Assembly (NCBI GenBank): GCA_021732785.1 | Contig: JAKFUG010000017.1 | Coordinates: 51,352-115,351, forward strand | Direction of reading: 5' to 3' | Source of the DNA: Planctomycetaceae bacterium | GTDB lineage: Bacteria; Planctomycetota; Planctomycetia; Planctomycetales; Planctomycetaceae | DNA length: 64,000 nucleotides | Shown: positions 20,589 to 29,666 of the stretch, one piece after another | Position numbering within the stretch: the stretch's first letter is position 1 | Layout: each line of letters begins with the position of its first letter | Made by a program: the position numbers and the translations under genes | The notes under the pieces: generated by a model | What the model was told of the DNA's origin: nothing | The model's input: only the letters and a program-made list of their open reading frames with translations | Databases searched by the model: none

Positions 20589-22181
20589 ATGCGCACCGTC
20601 CCTTCCGCATTAATTTGGGAAATGGCGACCCGCGATCGCTGGCAAATGATTCTCATGGTCTGTGCGGGCAGCGCACTTCCCATCCTGCTGTACTCGGCAC
20701 TCGACTATCACGGGGCGATCGATCCGGCCGATCCGTCGTTTATGATCATGCACGTCATGCTGGTGCAGATCAATATGTTCATTTTCGGAGCCGGGGTGAT
20801 GACCTCTCTCGGCCCGATCAAACGGCTCTATTCGTATCCCGCGACCACATCGACGCTGGTGACGTGGCAACTGGTGCCGGCGATGGTGCTGGTGGGGTTG
20901 GAGATGCTGGCGATGTCCCTGGCCATGAATGCCCTCTTCGATGTGCAGTGGCCGTTGCTGGGGACATCGTTGTTTGCCGCGGTTGCTTCCTCGGCGGTCG
21001 TGGCAACGTTGTGGCTGACTGAAAATACCGCCTGGTTGCCATGGACGGTCGGCACCGTCGCGGCCGTGTTGGGACTGTGGTTCAAGTCGCGCCATGGCCC
21101 GCTGTTTGACCAACCGACCCATTACTGGACCGACATGACACTGCTGGACGGAGCGACGATGGTGGGGATTGCGATCGCCGCGCACGCGGTGGCCGTTTAT
21201 GGCGTCTCACGTCAGCGACGTGGAGAACCATTGCCTCCGATGGGAATCGCGGCATGGATTGATCGGGTTCTGAATTCCGGCGAACTCGTCCAGCGGAAAT
21301 TCGCCTCAGCCACAGACGCCCAGCTATGGGCCGAGTGGCAGAAGAAAGGGTGGGTGATGCCCGGCTGCGTGGGGTTTGGACTAATCATGAGCGGGCTCGG
21401 CTGGCTGATCTTCAATCGCAATCTGAGCGACATGATTGAAGGACTGTGTTTCGGGGGCGGGGCCGCCATGCCGATGATCGGGATGCTGGGGGGATTGATC
21501 CTCGGCAACAGCGGTCCCAGCGATGCCAATTATGCGATGGGTCCGTTTCTCTCCACGCGCCCGATGACGAACCAGCAACATGCCCGCATCCTGCTGTGGA
21601 CGGCTGCCAAAAGCGTGATGTATGCCTGGGTCCTGTGGGCCATTCCCGCAGTGTTGCTCTTTGTGTCCCTCTGGCTGACCGGCAGTTTCCCGTTGCTCAC
21701 CATAAAGCCCGGCATTGTCGACTGGTGGTGGACGTTCCTGCCGAGCGCGTTGCTCGGGCCGTGGCTCATTTCCACCTGTCTCGCCGCGGTCATGCTGACG
21801 GGGCGTTCCCATTTTTTTGTGATGTCGCTGATCTGCGCATTCATCGTTTCGCTTTCCGTGAATATTCTGACGGAGTACACGCTGACGCAAGAACAACGGT
21901 TGTTGTTTTGGCAAGCCGTGTTTATGACGGTGAGCGCACTGGCAGTCGTCGGAACAGTCGGGCTCTTCACGACGGCCCGACGACGCATGCTGATTGACGC
22001 CCCGGCGGTGTGGGTCTCGGCGGCGATGTGCGGAGTTCTCCTGGCCGCTTTGATCACATGGCAGTTCGTCGGCCCGCCGTTACCGCCTGTCGCCAGCGTG
22101 TGCCTTGTCGGGGCGATAGCCCTCATCGTGGCTCCGGTCGCCGGGACACCCCTCGCACTCGCCTGGAATCGGACACGGTGA
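20589..22181 (+). CDS. Polytopic membrane protein, probable permease partner of the ABC ATPase
   Basis: 530 aa with about 12 TM segments, immediately downstream of the ATPase in a YtrA-like operon. Confidence 0.5.
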   Translation: MRTVPSALIWEMATRDRWQMILMVCAGSALPILLYSALDYHGAIDPADPSFMIMHVMLVQINMFIFGAGVMTSLGPIKRLYSYPATTSTLVTWQLVPAMVLVGLEMLAMSLAMNALFDVQWPLLGTSLFAAVASSAVVATLWLTENTAWLPWTVGTVAAVLGLWFKSRHGPLFDQPTHYWTDMTLLDGATMVGIAIAAHAVAVYGVSRQRRGEPLPPMGIAAWIDRVLNSGELVQRKFASATDAQLWAEWQKKGWVMPGCVGFGLIMSGLGWLIFNRNLSDMIEGLCFGGGAAMPMIGMLGGLILGNSGPSDANYAMGPFLSTRPMTNQQHARILLWTAAKSVMYAWVLWAIPAVLLFVSLWLTGSFPLLTIKPGIVDWWWTFLPSALLGPWLISTCLAAVMLTGRSHFFVMSLICAFIVSLSVNILTEYTLTQEQRLLFWQAVFMTVSALAVVGTVGLFTTARRRMLIDAPAVWVSAAMCGVLLAALITWQFVGPPLPPVASVCLVGAIALIVAPVAGTPLALAWNRTR

Positions 22182-22271
22182 GGGGGTTTCTTCCAACGCA
22201 TCAACATCGGCCTTGACGTCCGTCCCCCCGCGTGCCGATAGTATGAACGCAGGCGGGCCACGCCTTTCGCA

Positions 22272-23636
22272 ATGAGGGTCGGACGGATGTTTCAGGTCAA
22301 CGGAGTCGCCGAAGCGGCGACGGCATTTCACCGTCGCCGTTTTTTACAGGCCGGATTTCTCGGTCTCGGGGGTCTCACGCTCGGACAGATGAACCGGCTG
22401 ACCGCAGCCGGGGCGGCCACAAAATCCGACACCGCCGTCATTCTCCTCTTCGTGCATGGCGGGCCGAGCCACCTCGAAACGTACGACATGAAGCCGCTCG
22501 CCGCGGCGGAGATTCGCGGACCGTTCGAACCGATTCGGACCAACGTTTCGGGCATCGACGTCTGCGAGCATCTGCCGAAACACGCGAAACTCGCCGATAA
22601 ATTCACGCTCATTCGGTCATGCACGCATGAGGAAGCCGACCATTTCGCGGGACATCGGCGGTTTCTCAGCGGTTACGGCACGTTGAAGCCCGGAACCGGT
22701 TATGAATCGTACTACCCGCAGGTCGGTGCCGTGGTGACACGAATGCTCCACGGTCGCGAACGGGGCATGCCCCCGGCGATTGCGGTTGGCGGCGTCGTGG
22801 TGAACGGTCCCGATTACGCCGCCGGTGTGTCCGAAGGTTATTGGAGCCCGATTTATCGCGTCCCCATCGTCAACGGCGGCTTGCGCGATGCTTCGTTGAC
22901 CGTCACGCCCGATCGTTTGGGTGATCGTCGGCAACTTCAGTCCAACCTGGATCGTCTCCGCCGTGATGCGGATCAAACGGGGATGATGTCGGCCCTGGAT
23001 GAGTTTGATCGTCAGGCCGTCGACGTGTTGACCTCCGGGAATGCCGAGCGGGCGTTCGATCTCAATCGCGAAGACCCGCGCGTTCGTGAGAAATATGGTG
23101 ACGGCTACGGTCAGGAAGTGTTGACGGCTCGCCGTCTGGTGGAAGCCGGGGTGCGGTTCGTCACCGTGCGCGCACCGGGAAGCGGTGTCGGGACGAAGGC
23201 GTACGATTGGGACGATCACGCCGTCAATTGGGATATGCGGACGGCCATGCTGGCGCGGTTGCCGAAGTACGATCACATTGTCAGCACGCTGATTGAAGAC
23301 CTGTTCGACCGCGGGCTGCACCAGCGGGTGATGCTCATCGTCACCGGCGAGTTCGGTCGCACGCCGCGGTTGGAATTCAAGGATGGTGTGATCGGCCGCG
23401 ACCATTGGCCGAGCGCGATGTCGATGCTCGTCACCGGCGGCGGCATTCGCACCGGTCAGGTGATCGGCGCGACCGACCACATCGGCAGCCGTCCGAGCGA
23501 ACGCCCGCTCGATCCGCACGACGTGCTGGCGACGATCTATCAACACCTCGGCATCGACCCGCACACGCACATCGCCGACCCGCAAGGAAGGCCGATCGCG
23601 CTGACGCACGGGACGCCGATTGCGGAGTTGTTTTAG
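22272..23636 (+). CDS. DUF1501 domain protein (sulfatase-fold, Tat signal)
   Basis: Twin-arginine motif RRRFLQAG. Conserved HGGPSHLETYDMKP and HW[P]S regions characteristic of Planctomycete DUF1501 proteins. Confidence 0.85.
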   Translation: MRVGRMFQVNGVAEAATAFHRRRFLQAGFLGLGGLTLGQMNRLTAAGAATKSDTAVILLFVHGGPSHLETYDMKPLAAAEIRGPFEPIRTNVSGIDVCEHLPKHAKLADKFTLIRSCTHEEADHFAGHRRFLSGYGTLKPGTGYESYYPQVGAVVTRMLHGRERGMPPAIAVGGVVVNGPDYAAGVSEGYWSPIYRVPIVNGGLRDASLTVTPDRLGDRRQLQSNLDRLRRDADQTGMMSALDEFDRQAVDVLTSGNAERAFDLNREDPRVREKYGDGYGQEVLTARRLVEAGVRFVTVRAPGSGVGTKAYDWDDHAVNWDMRTAMLARLPKYDHIVSTLIEDLFDRGLHQRVMLIVTGEFGRTPRLEFKDGVIGRDHWPSAMSMLVTGGGIRTGQVIGATDHIGSRPSERPLDPHDVLATIYQHLGIDPHTHIADPQGRPIALTHGTPIAELF

Positions 23637-23642
23637 AGGAAA

Positions 23643-23735
23643 AATCCTCTTCCACGCTTGCGCTTTGCCGGTCCCAGCGCCCGCGGCTTTTCTTCGATTA
23701 ATCGCGAACGGTGCGATCCGCAAAGCGCAAGCGTG
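23643..23735. repeat. Long imperfect palindrome 3' of DUF1501 gene (CACGCTTGCGCTTTG...CAAAGCGCAAGCGTG)
   Basis: 15-bp inverted arms about 60 bp apart. Shares the GCTTGCG motif with the hairpins at 15262-15295 and 20519-20552. Confidence 0.5.
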
Positions 23736-23744
23736 GATCGGACA

Positions 23745-24920
23745 CTACTTTCCAATCCAACCCTCGTCAAACTCCGCATGCTTCATGCTTTTCCCGCCTT
23801 CGACGAAATAACTGTAAACGACATGCACGCGGCCGTTCTTTGTTTGGATCACCGCGGGGTAGTGATATTGCCCGGTCGGTTGATCTTCGAGGTGGCGCGT
23901 CGTGGGCCATGTGCGGCCTTCATCGGTGGAGACCGACACCGCGAGTTTGTTCCGACCGGTGAGAGTGTCATTATAGACCAGCACCCAATGCCCGTTCTGC
24001 AACCGCACCGCGTCGAGACCCGAGCCGGGATTGGGAAGTTCGCTGGCACCCACCGGCCCCCACGTTTCGCCGTCGTCTTTGGATTCGCACACGCGAATTT
24101 TGCGGGTGATGCCGTTCTCGCGCATATAAGCAACGAGGGTGCCATCATCGCGACGCAGCACGCTGGGTTGAATCGCCCCGAAACTGATGAGCGGTTCGGA
24201 CGCCCGCCACGAGTTTCCTTCGTCATCACTGATCGCCATGAGTGAGAACGAAAACGTATCCGAATACAACGGCAGCAGAATCCGCCCGCTCGGCAACACC
24301 GTCGGCTTGCATCGCGGTTGCCAGCCGAGACGTTGATACAACTTATCGCCGAGTCGCGTGCGGACTTCTTCGATCTCGGCTTTGAGTTTATCGGACATCA
24401 ATGCGCTGGGAACAACGGCGACGAGTTGATCCAACTGCTTGCGACCCGCTTCGCTGAAGTCGTCCGGCTTGAGCCACAGGCTGTCGCGGCGCGCCCATTT
24501 CGGACAACCGACACCGGTGGGGTCATCCGCCACCAGCATCTGCGTCACGCACGATTCCCACGAATTCGCGAGAATCAACGGCCAGAACAACGTCAACCGC
24601 CCGCGTGCATCCACCATCAGACACGTGTTGCAATCGGGAAAGCCGGGCGTGTCGACGAGTAGAAATGCCTCGCTCCAGTCTTTTGAACCGACGGGCTTTC
24701 TGGCTCCCCAGACGGCGACATCATCCGCCCGCCGTTCCCCCGACCCGCGATACCACGAGACAAACAACTCGCCATTCGCCAACTCCGCAATCCCCGGCGC
24801 ATGGTTGTGCTGCGCGTTCAGCGGGAAGATCAGCTCCGAGGCAAAATACGGTTCCGCTGCAGTGAGCGGGGCGATTCCAGTCAGCAGAAACAGCAGGAAG
24901 AAAACGCTTCGGTGCCTCAT
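23745..24920 (-). CDS. BNR/Asp-box repeat glycoside hydrolase (sialidase/neuraminidase family)
   Basis: Signal peptide plus Asp-box motifs SDDEGNSW, SKDDGETW and STDEGRTW. Confidence 0.75.
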   Translation of the reverse strand: MRHRSVFFLLFLLTGIAPLTAAEPYFASELIFPLNAQHNHAPGIAELANGELFVSWYRGSGERRADDVAVWGARKPVGSKDWSEAFLLVDTPGFPDCNTCLMVDARGRLTLFWPLILANSWESCVTQMLVADDPTGVGCPKWARRDSLWLKPDDFSEAGRKQLDQLVAVVPSALMSDKLKAEIEEVRTRLGDKLYQRLGWQPRCKPTVLPSGRILLPLYSDTFSFSLMAISDDEGNSWRASEPLISFGAIQPSVLRRDDGTLVAYMRENGITRKIRVCESKDDGETWGPVGASELPNPGSGLDAVRLQNGHWVLVYNDTLTGRNKLAVSVSTDEGRTWPTTRHLEDQPTGQYHYPAVIQTKNGRVHVVYSYFVEGGKSMKHAEFDEGWIGK

Positions 24921-25013
24921 CGCGTGGCCTTTTCAAGAAATAGATGCTGACGGCATATCGCGGCCAACCCCACGCCGTCAACTGGCGGGCTGCACACGGG
25001 AGAAGAAGTTTTT

Positions 25014-25240
25014 CACAGAGAACACAGAAGCACAAAAAAGTGGGCGAATGAGAGGAGGGGGAACCACGGAATACACGGAAAGGAGATAAAGAGTGAAGAT
25101 GGCGATTGCGGAGAGGGGGGACAAGCCTTTCCACTTCCGTTCCATTATTTTCCTTGCTCTCGTCTTCCTTCCGTGTCCTCCGTGTATTCCGTGGTTCTCT
25201 CTCTTCCCATCTTTTCTATGTTCTCTGTGTCTTCTGTGGA
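25014..25240. repeat. MITE-like element, family 3 (nested inverted repeats GGAACCACGGAATACACGGA..GACACGGAAG)
   Basis: Outer and inner inverted repeats with an 85-bp core. A second copy at 51205-51525 has a different core. Confidence 0.7.
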
Positions 25241-25360
25241 AAAGACCTCATCCGAACACCCTTGCTCGCGCTGCGGGCTGGTAAAGCGGTGGTTTCGCGT
25301 TCGATGTCGCAATCGGGTAGACTCTCGCCGCATGAGTTGAAGCGTGTTTCCTGATTTCTG

Positions 25361-26152
25361 ATGAGCTGCGAAATGGACGTCATTGCCGGTCATTTGTACG
25401 ACTTCCCCAAGTATTACGACCTCATTTTCGGGTCGGACTGGAAAGCCGAGTACAAGTTTCTGCTCGAATGTTTCGACCTGTGGGCCCGTCGGCCGGTGAA
25501 GCGGATTTTTGAACCCGGCTGCGGCACCGGGCGGCTGATGATCAAGCTCGCGCAGGCGGGCTACGAAATCAGCGGGCTCGATCTGAATCCGAAAGCGGTC
25601 GACTACTGCAACAAGCGGCTCGCGAAGTACGGCTATCCCGAGTCCGCATTCATCGGCGACATGGCCGACTTTCATCTCAAGAAGAAGGTCGACGCCTGCT
25701 TCAACATGATCAATACGTTCCGGCATCTCCCCAGCGAAGCCGCCGCGTTGGCTCATTTTCGCTGCATCGCCGACTGTTTGAACAAGGGGGGCATCTACGT
25801 TCTCGGTCTGCACCTCACGCCGAAGACTACGCAGCAATGCACGGAAGAATGCTGGTCCGCGGCGAAGGGGAATCTGACGGTCAATTCGCGACTGTGGTCT
25901 ATCGGCATCGATCTGAAGAAGCGCGTCGAACGGATCGGCATGACGTACGACGTCCACACGCCGACGCAGCAGTTCCGCATCGAAGACGAAACCGCCTTCC
26001 GCACCTACTCCTCCGAACAGATGCAAGCCCTGTTCGACGCCACACCGGGACTGAAACTCGTGGAAACCTACGACTTCCGTTACCACATCGACTGGCCGAT
26101 TGAGATCGATGCGGATACGGAGGATATTGTGTATATCCTGCAGAAACAGTGA
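25361..26152 (+). CDS. Class I SAM-dependent methyltransferase
   Basis: SAM-binding motif I IFEPGCGTGRL, an acidic loop and post I/II motifs. Confidence 0.8.
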   Translation: MSCEMDVIAGHLYDFPKYYDLIFGSDWKAEYKFLLECFDLWARRPVKRIFEPGCGTGRLMIKLAQAGYEISGLDLNPKAVDYCNKRLAKYGYPESAFIGDMADFHLKKKVDACFNMINTFRHLPSEAAALAHFRCIADCLNKGGIYVLGLHLTPKTTQQCTEECWSAAKGNLTVNSRLWSIGIDLKKRVERIGMTYDVHTPTQQFRIEDETAFRTYSSEQMQALFDATPGLKLVETYDFRYHIDWPIEIDADTEDIVYILQKQ

Positions 26153-26164
26153 TTGGTTACAGAC

Positions 26165-26194
26165 GTAGGGTTTGCCGAGTCCACGAGGCGAACC
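26165..26194 (+). repeat. 30-bp element family 6 copy A (GTAGGGTTTGCCGAGTCCACGAGGCGAACC)
   Basis: One of four copies in alternating orientation. Confidence 0.85.
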
Positions 26195-26220
26195 TGTTGG
26201 AGTCAAAAAAGGACACTGGA

Positions 26221-26475
26221 ATGGTTACCGTCTCGGTAACGATAACTATTGCGGGGATTTGGCCAACCCCACAGGAATTGGCGGCTCGAAATGCAGTTAC
26301 AGATTCATTAACAGCATCGAACATCGGCACATTGGCCGGAGCAGGCGGCGGTCGCGGAGAAATGGATTTCTCATACCGCGTCTCAGACGAGGTGGCTGCT
26401 CGCAAGGCGATCGACTCGGCGATGCAAGCTCACATGGTTGGCACAGAGTACCGAATTCGAACCTCGATCGAATGA
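26221..26475 (+). CDS. Small hypothetical protein (85 aa) inside repeat-bounded lower-GC module
   Basis: ORF MVTVSVTITIAGIW... in a roughly 52% GC segment bracketed by inverted family-6 copies. No recognisable family. Confidence 0.25.
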   Translation: MVTVSVTITIAGIWPTPQELAARNAVTDSLTASNIGTLAGAGGGRGEMDFSYRVSDEVAARKAIDSAMQAHMVGTEYRIRTSIE

Positions 26476-26501
26476 TGTCAGATTATTGGATTCTTTGAAT
26501 C

Positions 26502-26531
26502 GGTTCGCCTCGCGGACTCGGCAAACCCTAC
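26502..26531 (-). repeat. 30-bp element family 6 copy B (reverse orientation)
   Basis: GGTTCGCCTCGCGGACTCGGCAAACCCTAC. One mismatch from the reverse complement of copy A. Confidence 0.85.
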
Positions 26532-26762
26532 GTGCTGCCGAAGCAGACCCTACGAATTCATTTCGCTAATCCGCGAAGTACCTGCGGAATATCGGAACAC
26601 TGCCAGCCTTGTTTGAAGTTGACGCCGTCGGTGCGAACCCAGGTCTTGCGGGGGAATTGCAGCGGTTTTCCGGTCGGTAACAAGCCCGTCGCTCTCCGGT
26701 CTGTGTGCCCTTGGCGACCCGGTGACGCAGGGCGAGGACCCGCACGCAACGGTGTAACCGAG

Positions 26763-26792
26763 TAGGGTTTGCCGAGTCCTCGTGGCGAACCG
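26763..26792 (+). repeat. 30-bp element family 6 copy C
   Basis: GTAGGGTTTGCCGAGTCCTCGTGGCGAACC. Confidence 0.85.
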
Positions 26793-26838
26793 TCTTCGCT
26801 GTGAGCAACACTCGCCCAGTGATTTTCTTGTCGTACGA

Positions 26839-27312
26839 TCACAGCGCATATTGATCGCGCAGTAAACCAACGCCGTTGAAGAGGACCACCAGCACGACCG
26901 GCGTGAGGACCAACGCCTGCCATTTCCAGTATTCCTGCCAGAGCCACGTGTGAAGAAATTCACCGCGCCGGATGTGCGTGTACCATTGGGCAAGCAGGAC
27001 GGTGATTGGTACGCCAATGACGTAACCGTTGAGAAGACCAGCGGCAGTTAACCAGGGGAAAATCGGCACACGCAGTCCGCCGAAGGGATCGGCAATCATC
27101 TGGTAACTGATAAAACCAGTGATGCCAACGGCGACCAACGCAAAGAAGACCGAGAGGAGTACGTCCCGTAGCCGAACACAAATTGGGGCGTCGACCCGAT
27201 AGCCACGGATGCCGCACTGCGGGCAGTACAGCATCTCCGGCAACATTGGGATATCGCACGATTCACACCTCAAACACCGATCATCGACTGTGAATTGCAG
27301 AAATCGAAACAC
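26839..27312 (-). CDS. Membrane protein with N-terminal zinc ribbon (CxxC...CxxC) and 4 TM helices
   Basis: 157 aa with CLRCESCD....CPQCG followed by hydrophobic helices. Lies inside the second family-6-bounded module. Confidence 0.5.
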   Translation of the reverse strand: MFRFLQFTVDDRCLRCESCDIPMLPEMLYCPQCGIRGYRVDAPICVRLRDVLLSVFFALVAVGITGFISYQMIADPFGGLRVPIFPWLTAAGLLNGYVIGVPITVLLAQWYTHIRRGEFLHTWLWQEYWKWQALVLTPVVLVVLFNGVGLLRDQYAL

Positions 27313-27465
27313 GGTTTTGCCTATGAAACAGGTGAATCAATTGGACGCATCATCCTCTCTACGTTTGTGGCTCGCAGGATGTGGGAAGCACAATCCGACA
27401 AAGATTCAGAGTCCGGTGATTCTACGAAATCGGTTACGACATCGACTTGCCGATCGATCCGGAAT

Positions 27466-27495
27466 GGTTCGCCTCGCAGACTCGGCAAACCCTAC
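27466..27495 (-). repeat. 30-bp element family 6 copy D (reverse orientation)
   Basis: GGTTCGCCTCGCAGACTCGGCAAACCCTAC. Lies inside the 3' end of the next gene. Confidence 0.85.
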
Positions 27496-28367
27496 GGAAC
27501 AACCGCGTTTTTCGAGGGGGCAATTGTTCGGCGCGTCCAGTGCCATTTCCGACACAGTGGGCAGCGTTCGTAGCGCAGATTCATGCCGAAATTGAATCCT
27601 GTGAACAATCCGCGGCCATACGGTTGATGGCAACTGGGGCAGATGGCGTGGCCGTAGAAAATGACGCCCAAGCGGCTGTTCCACCCGCCGAGCCCGATCA
27701 GCCACGCCAACGCTATCGTGAAACAACCGACAACCCACAGCGCCACGAGGAGCTGCGCGATGTTCTTGTCCGCTCCGAGCCAGCCGAGGTGGGCCATTCT
27801 GATCGGAAAGTTCGCACAGTAATGGGCGAGCGTAGCACTCGCAAAGCCCCATCGGAAGCCCGGACCGCAGCGCCATGCGGCCAAGACAATGGCCGTCATC
27901 CCGCTGTGAATTGCGCAGGTCATGAAGCGTTCCTGGATGAACCCGCCCAACTGATACCACGGTAGAGCCGCGATCTCGGGCTTGCGTTCCGCAATCAATC
28001 CGGCGACGGTGACCATTTCACCCAGCGCAAACCCCAATCCCAGTGCGAGCGCGACTTGCACAATGTTCTCCCGTGTGATTGATTTCCTCACGCGGGGCAA
28101 TAACAGCGGCCATAACTTTGCCGGCTCTTCAGTCAGCGGGGCGTACGCCGTCCGAAGCCAGCCCAAGGCTTCTCCGTCTCCCAGGAGCGTGACGAGCCAA
28201 CCGTCCAAGGGCATCCGGACGCCGTGAAACATCACCCAACACGTGGGCAGCGTCGCCATCAAGCACAGCGACATCCACCGCCGCTCCGTCACCGGCGTCG
28301 CGCACCACAACCACGTTCCGAACACGCCGAGGGAAACCAGCATCGCGACAAGCGTTGCGATGAGCAT
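27492..28367 (-). CDS. Polytopic membrane protein, possible PrsW/CPBP-like intramembrane protease with C-terminal zinc ribbon
   Basis: 291 aa. Candidate motifs are EExxK (TEEPAKL), an F....H region and HxxxN (HYCAN), plus a C-terminal CPSC...CPLC ribbon. The family call is tentative. Confidence 0.4.
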   Translation of the reverse strand: MLIATLVAMLVSLGVFGTWLWCATPVTERRWMSLCLMATLPTCWVMFHGVRMPLDGWLVTLLGDGEALGWLRTAYAPLTEEPAKLWPLLLPRVRKSITRENIVQVALALGLGFALGEMVTVAGLIAERKPEIAALPWYQLGGFIQERFMTCAIHSGMTAIVLAAWRCGPGFRWGFASATLAHYCANFPIRMAHLGWLGADKNIAQLLVALWVVGCFTIALAWLIGLGGWNSRLGVIFYGHAICPSCHQPYGRGLFTGFNFGMNLRYERCPLCRKWHWTRRTIAPSKNAVVP

Positions 28368-28433
28368 TTTGTACCTCCTGAAAGTCGGTCTGTGGTCGCA
28401 TCGGACATTCGTGATGTGGCCGATGTGGATTCA

Positions 28434-28823
28434 TCATTTCAGCAAAGTGACCAGACCCACGATCGACAAGATGACCACGAAGACCGCTACGATCACGATT
28501 GCCGTTAGGGCGTCCGGTTGCATTCCACTCCAGGTCCGGTACGGATCCTGATGCAATTCGGCATCTTGCGCGCGGCAGGCGATTGGCCGACGCAATCGCA
28601 CGCGGTTGTTGTCCAGCTTTTCGAACAGGTCCCACCCGGCTTCCGCTTCCTGATCCAATGCCGCGCGGAGACGGGCGGGATGGCGGAAGGTGGCCCAGGC
28701 GCTGCGGAGAATTTTGTACTCGTACCCATCGTCGGTGGTCATTGGGGCGGTCTCCAGTTCTTCTTCACGTTCGCGGTCTTCACGACGTTTTTTGGCGGCA
28801 GCAGCCGCAGCGGCTCCGGACAT
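28434..28823 (-). CDS. DUF4177-like small protein with C-terminal TM anchor
   Basis: YEYKIL core motif, poly-Ala and acidic N-terminus, C-terminal hydrophobic helix. Confidence 0.45.
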   Translation of the reverse strand: MSGAAAAAAAKKRREDREREEELETAPMTTDDGYEYKILRSAWATFRHPARLRAALDQEAEAGWDLFEKLDNNRVRLRRPIACRAQDAELHQDPYRTWSGMQPDALTAIVIVAVFVVILSIVGLVTLLK

Positions 28824-29087
28824 GGTTCCATCTTTCCGTCATTCAAGGCGATCCATTGGACTTGTGAAGCGAAAAACGTCTGAGGACATGCGGGTAGATC
28901 ACGGGCACGGAACGGTGGCAGACATTTTTTCTGAAATTCCCCCCGCCTGTCGACACGGTCGCGTATAATCCAAAAATGAATGGAGCGCCGGTGCCTTGTG
29001 ACACCGGCGGGGACGTGTCGGGCCGAAACTGTTGCCCGCCGATCTTTGAGATGACAAAACTCCGTTCGTCCCGCCTGAGAGACCACC

Positions 29088-29516
29088 GTGGCTCCGTCCC
29101 GCCGTCATAAAGCCCGCGAAACTGTCCTGCAGATGCTCTATCAGAAGGATCTTAATCCGGATGTGACCATCGAAGACATCCGCGCGATGATTCAAGAACA
29201 AATCTCGGACGACGAACTGGGCCGTTTCGCCTGGCGGTTGTTCGCCGGGGTGATGGAATCGCGTACGGCTCTCGACAGCAAGATTGAAGCGACCGCGGCC
29301 AACTGGGGCCTCAGCCGCATGGCTCCGACCGATCGGAATGCGATCCGTCTGGGTGCGTTTGAACTGCTCTATACCGACACTCCGCCGCGCGTGGTGATCG
29401 ACGAAGCCCTCGAACTTGCCAAAACCTACGGCGGCCCGAATTCCGGTTCGTTCGTCAACGGCATTCTCGACCGGCTCATCCCGGAAGAGAAACGCACGCC
29501 AAAACCAGAAGCCTGA
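29088..29516 (+). CDS. nusB: Transcription antitermination factor NusB
   Basis: 142 aa with the RRxARExxLQxLYQ N-terminus and conserved NusB helices. GTG start. Confidence 0.85.
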   Translation: MAPSRRHKARETVLQMLYQKDLNPDVTIEDIRAMIQEQISDDELGRFAWRLFAGVMESRTALDSKIEATAANWGLSRMAPTDRNAIRLGAFELLYTDTPPRVVIDEALELAKTYGGPNSGSFVNGILDRLIPEEKRTPKPEA

Positions 29517-29529
29517 TGACCGCGATACA

Positions 29530-29627
29530 ACGAGCCCGAAGCGCCAGCGCCGGGTGTATGCGATATTTGTGATCTTCCTCGGGTCTCAAATGAGAAGGCA
29601 CCCGGCGCTCGCGCTTCGGGCTTGTAG
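29530..29627. repeat. Hairpin element, family 2 copy (between convergent nusB and cation antiporter)
   Basis: ACGAGCCCGAAGCGCCAGCGCCGGGT ... ACCCGGCGCTCGCGCTTCGGGCTTGT with a roughly 45-nt loop. Confidence 0.7.
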
Positions 29628-29666
29628 GGGTGCTGTTTTCATGGATCTGTCAACGGCATCGTAGAA

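Noticed and set aside
25093-25284. Small ORFs inside MITE-like elements (e.g. 25093..25284, 51119..51592 upstream part, 50994..51401)
   Set aside because: Their translations are just the repeat sequence read in frame ([17 protein letters not shown]). The repeats occur on both strands.
26163-27500. CRISPR array interpretation of the four 30-bp repeats
   Set aside because: The copies alternate in orientation, the spacing is irregular (about 310, 230 and 670 bp) and the intervening segments contain ORFs. This is not a direct-repeat and spacer array, and no cas genes are present.
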